A DNA stretch of 32,000 nucleotides. Source: an uncultured Alphaproteobacteria bacterium (GTDB taxonomy: Bacteria > Pseudomonadota > Alphaproteobacteria > Caulobacterales > Aquidulcibacteraceae). The stretch's first letter is position 1; each line of letters begins with the position of its first letter. This document shows, one piece after another, positions 25,197 to 32,000 of the stretch. The notes beneath the pieces are model-generated. The model ran no database searches, was not told the DNA's origin, and worked only from the letters and a program-made list of their open reading frames with translations. The stretch is from contig CADEEL010000018.1 in the NCBI GenBank assembly GCA_902826335.1, positions 27,515 to 59,514 of the forward strand, read 5' to 3'. A program made the position numbers and the translations under genes.

Positions 25197-27290
25197 ATGG
25201 TCGATATTCCGCAAACCCCGCCGGCGGCGACGTTTGATTTCGCGCGCTTGCGCGCGGCGATCTTTCGCGGCGACATCGCGCTCGCCGTCGGCGTGCTCGG
25301 CATTCTCGCCATCATGCTGGTGCCGCTGCCGGCGATGCTGCTCGATCTGCTGCTGGCGTTGTCTCTTGTCGCCTCGATCCTGGTGCTGATGACGGCGCTG
25401 ATGATCAAGCGGCCGCTTGAATTCACCATCTTCCCGGCGATATTGCTGCTGACGACCCTCTTCCGCTTGGCGCTCAACATCGCCACCACGCGGATCATCC
25501 TGTCGCACGGACAGGGCGGCCACCACGCCGCCGGTGAAGTGATCTACGCCTTCGGCCAATTCGTCATGGGCGGCAATTTCATCATCGGCGTCATCGTGTT
25601 CGCGATTCTCGTCATCGTGAATTTCGTGGTCATCACGCGCGGCTCCACGCGCATCGCCGAAGTCGCCGCGCGCTTCACCTTGGACGCCATGCCCGGCAAG
25701 CAGATGGCGATCGACGCCGATCTTTCCGCCGGCATCATCAACGAGCAGGAGGCGCGCGCGCGCCGCAAGGCGCTGGAAGATGAAAGCTCCTTCTTCGGCG
25801 CGATGGACGGCGCCTCCAAATTCGTGCGTGGCGACGCCATCGCCGGCCTGCTCATCGTGGCCATCAACATCATCGGCGGCGTGATCATCGGCGTGGTGAC
25901 TCATTCCCTGCCGCTCGGCGAAGCGGCCGACACCTACACCCGCCTCACCGTCGGCGATGGCCTCGTCACGCAAATTCCCGCTCTAGTCATTTCCGTCGCC
26001 GCCGGCCTTCTCGTTTCGAAGGCAGGACTTGACGGCGCGGCCGACCAGGCGCTCGCCAAGCAATTGACCGGCTATCCCCAGGCGCTCGCCGTGGTCGCCG
26101 TGTGCGCGTTCGGCGCGGGCGTGCTGCCGGGCATGCCGCTCATTCCGTTTTGGATTTTGGCCGGCGCGTCGGGCCTGCTCGCCTGGCGGCTCAATTCTGA
26201 CCGACGCAAGGAAGCGCACGCGCTCGCCGCCGCGCCGGCGCCCGCGCCTGCGGCGGAGGAAACACCGCAGGCCGCGCTCGCCATGGATGAAATCCGCATC
26301 GAGCTTGGCTTCGGCCTTCTGCCGCTCACCAATGACGTGCAGGGCCGGCGCCTCACCGATCAGATCAAGGCGCTGCGCAAAACCTTGGCGCAGGAGATGG
26401 GTTTCGTCATGCCCAGCGTGCGCATCCTCGACAATGTGCAATTGCCGAATGACGCCTACAGCCTGCGCGTGCGCGAAATGGAGGCCGGCGGCGGGCGCTT
26501 GAAGCTCGGCGCGCTGCTGGCGATGGATCCTACCGGACGAGGCGTGGCGATACCAGGCGAAGCGGTGAAGGAACCCGCCTTCGGACTAGATGCAGCCTGG
26601 ATCGATGAGCGCCTGCGTGAGGAAGCGAGCTTCCGCGGCTACACCGTCGTCGATCCAGCCACCGTGCTCTCCACACACCTCACCGAAGTCATAAAGGAAC
26701 ACATGCCGGAGCTGTTGAGCTTCGCGGAGGTGAAAAAGCTCATCAAGGATTTGCCCAAGGAAACGCAGGCGCTGCTCGACGAAGTGGCCCCCTCGCACAT
26801 TTCTTGGTCCGGCGTGCAGCGCGTGCTGCAGAATTTGCTGGGCGAGCGCATCTCCATCCGCGATCTCGCCGCCATCGTCGAGGCCATCGCGGAAGCCGCA
26901 CCCTCCTCGCACGACCTCATGCAGATCACCGAGCATGTGCGCACGCGCCTGGCGCGCCAGATTTGCCATCAGCTCAAGAACGCGGAAGGCGCGCTGCCCG
27001 TGCTCTCGCTCTCGCCCACATGGGAGCAGGCCTTCGCCGATGCGCTGGTGGGCGAACGCGGCGAGCGGCGCCTGGCGCTGGCGCCCTCGAAACTGCATGA
27101 CTTTGTCGCCGACGTGCGCGCCGCCTATGAGCGCGCGGCCCAAGGCGGGGAAACGCCGATCCTGCTCACCTCGCCGCTCATTCGCCCCTATGTGCGCTCC
27201 CTGGTGGAGCGGTTCCGGCCGATGACGGCGGTGATGAGCCAGGCCGAGGTTCATCCCAAGACGCGCCTCAAGGCCATGGGCGCGGTGTAA
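25197..27290 (+). CDS. flhA: Flagellar type III export apparatus protein FlhA
   Basis: 697 aa. FPAILLLTTLFRLALNIATTRIIL, RIAEVAARFTLDAMPGKQMAIDADL, FVRGDAIAG, and a C-terminal cytoplasmic domain. Confidence 0.97.
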   Translation: MVDIPQTPPAATFDFARLRAAIFRGDIALAVGVLGILAIMLVPLPAMLLDLLLALSLVASILVLMTALMIKRPLEFTIFPAILLLTTLFRLALNIATTRIILSHGQGGHHAAGEVIYAFGQFVMGGNFIIGVIVFAILVIVNFVVITRGSTRIAEVAARFTLDAMPGKQMAIDADLSAGIINEQEARARRKALEDESSFFGAMDGASKFVRGDAIAGLLIVAINIIGGVIIGVVTHSLPLGEAADTYTRLTVGDGLVTQIPALVISVAAGLLVSKAGLDGAADQALAKQLTGYPQALAVVAVCAFGAGVLPGMPLIPFWILAGASGLLAWRLNSDRRKEAHALAAAPAPAPAAEETPQAALAMDEIRIELGFGLLPLTNDVQGRRLTDQIKALRKTLAQEMGFVMPSVRILDNVQLPNDAYSLRVREMEAGGGRLKLGALLAMDPTGRGVAIPGEAVKEPAFGLDAAWIDERLREEASFRGYTVVDPATVLSTHLTEVIKEHMPELLSFAEVKKLIKDLPKETQALLDEVAPSHISWSGVQRVLQNLLGERISIRDLAAIVEAIAEAAPSSHDLMQITEHVRTRLARQICHQLKNAEGALPVLSLSPTWEQAFADALVGERGERRLALAPSKLHDFVADVRAAYERAAQGGETPILLTSPLIRPYVRSLVERFRPMTAVMSQAEVHPKTRLKAMGAV

Positions 27291-27305
27291 ATTTACATTT
27301 CTTTT

Positions 27306-27361
27306 TTGCGGTTTCAGGCCGAGTGGACACCGGTCGGCCGCCCGGAAACCGCAATAATCAA
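27306..27361 (+). repeat. Intergenic hairpin repeat, copy A
   Basis: TTGCGGTTTC...GAAACCGCAA outer stem with an inner GGCCGA/TCGGCC stem and tail TAATCAA. Aligns with copy B at 31036..31090 (tttcagg...agtg...ggt...ccg.ccg.aa.c.gc...atcaa). Confidence 0.7.
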
Positions 27362-27366
27362 TATTT

Positions 27367-27418
27367 TAGACCGCGTTCTGACGGAAAACCGGTATCCACT
27401 TTTCCTGAACGCGGTCTA
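27367..27418 (-). repeat. Intergenic hairpin repeat, copy C (inverted relative to A and B)
   Basis: 12-bp perfect IR TAGACCGCGTTC/GAACGCGGTCTA enclosing GGAAAA...TTTTCC. The reverse complement CCGCGTTCAGGAAAAGTGgataCCGGTTTTCCGTC aligns closely with copy B. Confidence 0.75.
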
Positions 27419-27481
27419 GAATTTAGGGCCGCGCGCTAACCCCCTCGCAATGGTCGCGCGCGCACATTGGCGCCAATCGCC

Positions 27482-28288
27482 ATGACAAGCCGTCCCAACA
27501 CCGCCCGCGAAACGCCCGCGCCGCGCATCAAGCCGGCGCCGATTTTCGCCGTCGCGTCTGGCAAGGGCGGCGTCGGCAAGACATGGCTGACAACCACGCT
27601 CGCCTGCGCCTGGGGCCGCGCCGGGCGGCGCACGCTGGTCGTCGATTGCGATCTCGGGCTCGCCAACATCGATGTGCAATTGGGCGTCCGTCCGCAGGCG
27701 GATATTCATTCCGTCCTGCGCGGCTGGATCGATCTTGACGCGGCCGCGACCCCCGTGCTCGGCGGCGCGGGCCGCGGCGGCGGCTTCGATCTCATCGCAG
27801 GCCATTCCGGCTCCGGCGCGCTGGCGGCCATCAAGCTCGAAGATGTCGCGAAAATATGCGACGGCGTCAGAACGCTGGCGCCGCACTATGATCGCATCCT
27901 GCTCGATCTCTCGGCCGGCGTCGATCCAAGTGTGCAACGATTCGCGCGCGGCGCGGACGCGCTCGTGCTGGTCATCACCGAAGAGCCGACCTCGCTGACC
28001 GACGCCTACGCGCTGGTGAAGCTGCTGAAGCTCAATGGCGGGCAGCTCATTCCGTCGGTCGTGGTCAACATGGCTGAAAGCCGGATGCGGGGCCGCAAAG
28101 TGTTCGAGCAATTCGCCATGGCGTGTAATGAATATCTCGGCTTCCGCCCCAAGCTCGCGGGCGTTATCAGCCGCGATCCGCGCGTACCGGACGCCATCCG
28201 CGCGCAGACGCCGCTGCCCGTGCGCCATCCCCAGGCCCAGGCCTTTGAAGATGTGCTCCGCATCGCCGAGGCGCTGAGCGAGGTTTGA
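27482..28288 (+). CDS. MinD/ParA-family ATPase, FlhG/FleN-like (flagellar number/placement regulator)
   Basis: ATG 27482. Deviant Walker A FAVASGKGGVGKT, then VVDCDLGLANIDV and ILLDLSAG. Lies immediately downstream of flhA. Confidence 0.75.
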   Translation: MTSRPNTARETPAPRIKPAPIFAVASGKGGVGKTWLTTTLACAWGRAGRRTLVVDCDLGLANIDVQLGVRPQADIHSVLRGWIDLDAAATPVLGGAGRGGGFDLIAGHSGSGALAAIKLEDVAKICDGVRTLAPHYDRILLDLSAGVDPSVQRFARGADALVLVITEEPTSLTDAYALVKLLKLNGGQLIPSVVVNMAESRMRGRKVFEQFAMACNEYLGFRPKLAGVISRDPRVPDAIRAQTPLPVRHPQAQAFEDVLRIAEALSEV

Positions 28289-28291
28289 GAT

Positions 28292-29611
28292 TCAGCGCAG
28301 GATCGACGCGATCGCCGCGCGCGTGGCGAGTGCGGCGTCGCGGATGAACGCCGGATCAGTCTTGTCGAGCCGATCGGCGTCAATGTGATGAAAGCGATGC
28401 GCGCCGAGCAAGCCGAACACGCGTTCATAGCCCGCCGCGAGAATCTCACCGAGTTCGCCCGCTACGCCGGGCGCGGCGGCGTAAAGCGTCTCGAGCCCAG
28501 GCAGACCGCGATACGCGGCGCGCAGCGCTGGCGACAGCGCCGCGCTCCCCATTAGAAATCGTTGCGGATCGGCGCTCGCTAACGGCGCGAGCCGATAGCC
28601 GCCGAATTCGTGAAAATCACGCGCGGCGAAACCCGCGCCGAGATGGACCCACAGGGCCGTGCGCGCGGGCGCGGGCGCCGCCGAGCTGTCCAGAAATGCG
28701 TGCGCGCCCCAATTGTCGTATTCGTGCGCGGTCGCGCTTGTGAACAACAGACTGTGTCGCCGCAGCGCACGCGCCGCCCAGTGCGCCAGCGCGATAAAGC
28801 TCGCAACGCCCGGCCCACGCTCGGCGAGCGCGTGCGTCCAGCCCGAATGCGGCGTCGACACCACAAGGAGCGGCCCGCCGCGCTCGATGCGACCCCACAC
28901 GTTTTCGCCCGTGCGCACGCCGCCCTCGCCATCGATGAGCAGCCGCCCCATCGCCCCGGTGCGCGCGGCCGCAAGCGCAGCGGCGCCAGGCTTTGGCCCA
29001 AGGCTCGCCAGAGGAATGTCAGCGAGCGCGCGGTCATGCGGTGCGTTGAGATGGATGGTCTCCCCCGTCGGCCCATCCGTTATCAGCACGGCCGCGCGCG
29101 CGCCGGCCGCGACGGCGGCTTCGATCCGTGGGCGGATCAAGGGCGAAACGACCTGCGAATGGCGGGCATAGGGCAATTGGATGAGCGCGATCGCGCCCGC
29201 GACGCGCGGCCCATCACGCTCGTCACACCAAAGCGCCAGCGGCGCTTCAAGCCCATCAGGGCCCGTTGCGCGCACGATGGCTTGCGGCGCCACGCTGACG
29301 CCGCCGCCAGGCCAGGACAATTCCGCGGTGCGTGCGTCAAAAAAGGGCGCCGCCACGTCCGCGCGCGCCACCTCGAACCCCGCCGCCGCAAGCTGGGCGG
29401 CGAGATAATCTGTCAGCGCCCGCTCCCCCGGCCCACCGGTGCGCAAGTCTCCGCCGCGCTCCAGCACGTCCAGATGAGCGCGCACCCGCGCCAGCGCAAA
29501 TGGATCGCCGGACGTCTGCGCCCGCGCGCCGGTGGCGAACGCGCCGGCCAATGCGCCGGTCAGCGCTCCGGCGAGGCCCAGGGCGGCGCGGCGATTGAAG
29601 AGTACGCTCAT
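28292..29611 (-). CDS. Tat-signal secreted protein with an M28-peptidase/PA-domain-like layout (possibly catalytically degenerate)
   Basis: MSVLFNRRAALGLAGALTGALAGAFATGARA. LVVSTPHSGW...GPGVASFIALAHW and SATAHEYDNWGAHAF loosely resemble M28 metal-ligand blocks. Weak call. Confidence 0.4.
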   Translation of the reverse strand: MSVLFNRRAALGLAGALTGALAGAFATGARAQTSGDPFALARVRAHLDVLERGGDLRTGGPGERALTDYLAAQLAAAGFEVARADVAAPFFDARTAELSWPGGGVSVAPQAIVRATGPDGLEAPLALWCDERDGPRVAGAIALIQLPYARHSQVVSPLIRPRIEAAVAAGARAAVLITDGPTGETIHLNAPHDRALADIPLASLGPKPGAAALAAARTGAMGRLLIDGEGGVRTGENVWGRIERGGPLLVVSTPHSGWTHALAERGPGVASFIALAHWAARALRRHSLLFTSATAHEYDNWGAHAFLDSSAAPAPARTALWVHLGAGFAARDFHEFGGYRLAPLASADPQRFLMGSAALSPALRAAYRGLPGLETLYAAAPGVAGELGEILAAGYERVFGLLGAHRFHHIDADRLDKTDPAFIRDAALATRAAIASILR

Positions 29612-29631
29612 AGTCCGCTCCCTCGCGCGGC

Positions 29632-29671
29632 GAGAATTTCACAGCGCTTCGCTTTTTGAAATGAGAATTTC
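29632..29671. promoter_or_regulatory. Two exact 9-bp direct repeats GAGAATTTC spaced 31 bp apart, in the divergent promoter region
   Basis: Copies at 29632-29640 and 29663-29671. Also ATTTCA/TGAAAT and GAAAT-gaga-ATTTC symmetry. The region lies between the M28-like gene (start 29611) and the kinase gene (start 29704). Confidence 0.35.
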
Positions 29672-29703
29672 CGCGTCGCCGCAGCATGCGCTAAGAACGA
29701 CCA

Positions 29704-31035
29704 ATGGCCCGCCGTCTTCGCGATTACCTGCCCAAGGGGCTTTATTGGCGCACGCTACTCATCATCGTGGCGCCGGCCGCGATCCTGCAGCTCATCGTCA
29801 CGCTCGTCTTTCTCGACGACCACTGGCGCTGGATATCCAAGCGCATGAGCCAGGGCGTCGCGTCCGATGTCGCGCTCATCATCCAGCTCTATGAGCGCGA
29901 TCCCACGCCCGCCAATTTCGCCGATCTGCAAAACATGGCCCGCACGCCCTTGCGGCTCGACGTGGCGCTGGAGCCTCGCGCCGCGCTCGACGCGCCGCGC
30001 TGCCGCACCGGCGGGTCGATCCTCGATCGCTATTTCACGGAGGCGCTGTCTGACGCGCTGACGCGCGAGGTCTGGTACGATTCAAGCTGCCGGGGTCCGC
30101 ATGTGCGCATCCGCGTGCCGACGCGCGAGGGCGTGCTTGCTGTGCGCGCGTTCCGGGACCGCGTGCAGGCCCGCTCGGGGCCGCTCTTCGTCGCCTGGAT
30201 TCTGGGCGCGACGGCGCTGCTCTGCGTCGTCTCCATCATCTTTATCCGCAACCAGGTGCGCCCGATCGAAAAGCTCTCCGAAGCCATGGCGAAATTCGGC
30301 AGGGGCGCGGAAGATGAGGGCCTGTTCAAGGCGCGCGGCGCGCGCGAAGTGCGCGCCGCCACGCTCTCCTTCTTCGATATGCGTGGGCGCATTCGCCGCC
30401 ACATCGCCCAGCGCACGCAATTGCTGGCAGGCGTCAGCCATGATCTGCGCACGCCTTTGACCCGCCTCAAGCTGCAATTCGCGCTGATGGAGACCAGCCC
30501 CGAAGTCGAAGCCGCCAAGCGCGACGTGGCGGACATGGAAGAGACGATCGCCGAATACCTCGCCTTCGCCAAAGGTCAGTGGTCGGAGGATGTCATGCCC
30601 GCCGATATCGGCGCCATAGCCGAGGAAGCGGTTGGCAACGCCCAGCGCGCCGGCGCGCGCATCGCCCTGTCGCGCGAAGGCGCGCTGATCGCGCCGGTGC
30701 GCGCCGGCGCGGTGAAACGGGCGTTGTCAAATTTGATCGACAACGCCGTGGCGCACGGCGAGGACGTGCGCGTCACCGCCGCGCGCGAAGCCCGCGCCGT
30801 CACCGTGACGGTCGAGGATGACGGGCCTGGCATCGCCGAGGATCAACACGAAGACGCCTTCCGTCCCTTCTCCCGCCTCGATGAGACTCGCACCAAGAAC
30901 GCCAAGGGCGTCGGCCTCGGCCTTTCCATCGCACGGGATGTGGCGCGCGCCCATGGCGGCGAGATCACCTTGTCGAAAAGCGCGCTGGGCGGTCTTATGG
31001 CGACGTTGCGCCTTCCACTGCCTTCGGCGACATAA
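29704..31035 (+). CDS. EnvZ-like two-component sensor histidine kinase (2 TM, HAMP, HisKA, HATPase_c)
   Basis: LYWRTLLIIVAPAAILQLIVTLVFLDDHW. H-box AGVSHDLRTPLTRL. N/G boxes LSNLIDNAVAHG, VEDDGPGI, GVGLGLSIARDVARAHGG. No response regulator gene is adjacent. Confidence 0.85.
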   Translation: MARRLRDYLPKGLYWRTLLIIVAPAAILQLIVTLVFLDDHWRWISKRMSQGVASDVALIIQLYERDPTPANFADLQNMARTPLRLDVALEPRAALDAPRCRTGGSILDRYFTEALSDALTREVWYDSSCRGPHVRIRVPTREGVLAVRAFRDRVQARSGPLFVAWILGATALLCVVSIIFIRNQVRPIEKLSEAMAKFGRGAEDEGLFKARGAREVRAATLSFFDMRGRIRRHIAQRTQLLAGVSHDLRTPLTRLKLQFALMETSPEVEAAKRDVADMEETIAEYLAFAKGQWSEDVMPADIGAIAEEAVGNAQRAGARIALSREGALIAPVRAGAVKRALSNLIDNAVAHGEDVRVTAAREARAVTVTVEDDGPGIAEDQHEDAFRPFSRLDETRTKNAKGVGLGLSIARDVARAHGGEITLSKSALGGLMATLRLPLPSAT

Positions 31036-31090
31036 GCCGCTTTCAGGAAAAGTGTGCAGCGGTTTTCCGTCCGAAAGCGGCGCAAATCAA
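31036..31090 (+). repeat. Intergenic hairpin repeat, copy B, starting directly after the kinase stop codon
   Basis: GCCGCTTTC-aGGAAAAgtgtgcagcggTTTTCCgtcc-GAAAGCGGC with tail gcAAATCAA. Lies between convergent genes. Confidence 0.75.
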
Positions 31091-31104
31091 CAGCAAGGAC
31101 GGCA

Positions 31105-31719
31105 TCATTCCGCCCGGTTGGCGCCCGCGCCGATCGTCACAGGTGCTCTCGTCTCAAAGCCAGCGAAGCGCCCGAACATTTCCTCGGCCCGGCGCAAATT
31201 TTTATCGAGCGAGCTCATCGTCTTGGCGAAATCGCCTGCATCGTCGCCGCGCCAGGCCGCGCGCGCCTGCCCGATGATGACGGCGAGCCCCTGCGCACGC
31301 GCCTGCCCGCCCATGCCGTCGGCGTCGAGCCCCGCGAGCGTCAAGGTCCAGCGCGCGGCGCGCACATGGCGCTGATGCGCGGCGGCGAGCGCGACCGGAT
31401 CGCCGTCCCGTCCCGCCTCGATGACGCCCAGCGCGGCGCGGTGCGGCTCCATTGCTTCGAAGCGGCGCATGATGAGATCGAACAGGCGGTCGCGTACATT
31501 CTGGCCGTCGTCCAACTCGCCCTCCGCCATGGCGCGGTCGAACGCCTCTTCGATGCAATCGAGCGCATCGGAAAGGACCGCTGGATAAAAATCCGTGATC
31601 GGACGATCGGCGGCGGCGGCGAGGTCGGCGAGCTTGACGGCGCGCCATGCCTTTTGGGCCGCCACATCGAGCGCGGCGCGCGCCAGCGCCGCGCGCGCGG
31701 AAGCATCAAGACCAATCAT
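31105..31719 (-). CDS. TetR-fold / COQ9-like hypothetical protein (no clear HTH recognised)
   Basis: 204-aa all-helical Ala/Arg-rich protein. DRLFDLIMRRFEAMEPHR and GDFAKTMSSLDKNLRRAEE resemble TetR_C/COQ9-type C-terminal regions. Low certainty. Confidence 0.35.
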   Translation of the reverse strand: MIGLDASARAALARAALDVAAQKAWRAVKLADLAAAADRPITDFYPAVLSDALDCIEEAFDRAMAEGELDDGQNVRDRLFDLIMRRFEAMEPHRAALGVIEAGRDGDPVALAAAHQRHVRAARWTLTLAGLDADGMGGQARAQGLAVIIGQARAAWRGDDAGDFAKTMSSLDKNLRRAEEMFGRFAGFETRAPVTIGAGANRAE

Positions 31720-31758
31720 CCCTGATAGATAGCGACGCGGACCGGCTTGTGGGAGGGG

Positions 31759-32000
31759 TCACCCGCCCTCGCCGCGCCCCAGATCGCGCGAACGCTTCAC
31801 CGCCGCCGCCACCGCGCGCCGCAACACGGGCGCCAGCCCATCGGCGGCTTGCAGCACATCGAGCGCCGCTTCCGTCGTCCCGCCGGGAGAAGTCACATGC
31901 TTGCGCAGCTCCTTGGGCGGCGCGCCCGTCTCCAGCATCAGCGCGCCCGCGCCCGCCACCGTCTGCGTGGCCAGCCGCGCGGCTGTTTCGCGGTCGAGCC
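31759..32000 (-). CDS. proC: Pyrroline-5-carboxylate reductase, C-terminal part; gene continues beyond the right edge
   Basis: ...HVTSPGGTTEAALDVLQ... is the conserved ProC C-terminal motif. The reading frame stays open to position 32000. Confidence 0.8.
   Translation of the reverse strand, partial: LDRETAARLATQTVAGAGALMLETGAPPKELRKHVTSPGGTTEAALDVLQAADGLAPVLRRAVAAAVKRSRDLGRGEGG

Noticed and set aside
25128-25973. 281-aa minus-strand ORF rich in D/H/R/E
   Set aside because: It is antisense to the highly conserved N-terminal TM region of flhA, so it is a shadow ORF.
28610-29659. 349-aa plus-strand ORF
   Set aside because: It is antisense to the 28292..29611 gene, which has a proper Tat signal and start. 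The product is Arg-rich, non-globular sequence.
1-32000. Search for CRISPR arrays, tRNA/rRNA genes, IS elements, integrases and toxin-antitoxin pairs
   Set aside because: I saw no regularly spaced direct repeats, no cloverleaf-like or rRNA-like segments, and no transposase or recombinase motifs (DDE, or tyrosine/serine recombinase) in any frame.

Overview
High-GC (by eye about 65-70%) alphaproteobacterial chromosomal window. Left third: phoD (partial) and an EEP-family phosphoesterase, then rluD, then about 6 kb of accessory-looking genes before rpoH. These genes are a 4-TM protein built from two SLATT/DUF4231-like modules, transcribed divergently from a tail-anchored TIR-domain protein; small Tat-signal proteins including TonB-C-like repeats; two membrane proteins; and an AraC regulator. 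Middle and right: a flagellar hook/basal-body supercluster in the order I recall for Caulobacter (flgL<-flgK | fliK-flgD-flgE-sciP ... fliF-fliG-fliH-fliN-flbD-flhA, then a FlhG-like ATPase). An arsR-arsI-arsC-aqpS arsenic operon sits between sciP and fliF. The window ends with a secreted M28-like protein, an EnvZ-like kinase with no adjacent response regulator, a TetR-fold protein and proC (partial). I saw no rRNA, tRNA, CRISPR array, transposase or integrase. The best candidate for an uncharacterised system is the TIR + tandem-SLATT pair (2554-4378), which I interpret as a possible membrane-bound TIR-signalling/abortive-infection module. Other points of interest: back-to-back sigma-54 promoters with a central dyad between flgK and fliK, an ArsR operator abutting the fliF control region, a 56-nt near-identical Tat-signal cassette on two different genes, a TonB-C repeat protein split at an A5 run, and a hairpin repeat family with compensatory stem changes. 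All domain calls come from motif recognition by eye; no searches were run. Many long ORFs in the six-frame track are antisense artefacts of the high GC content.
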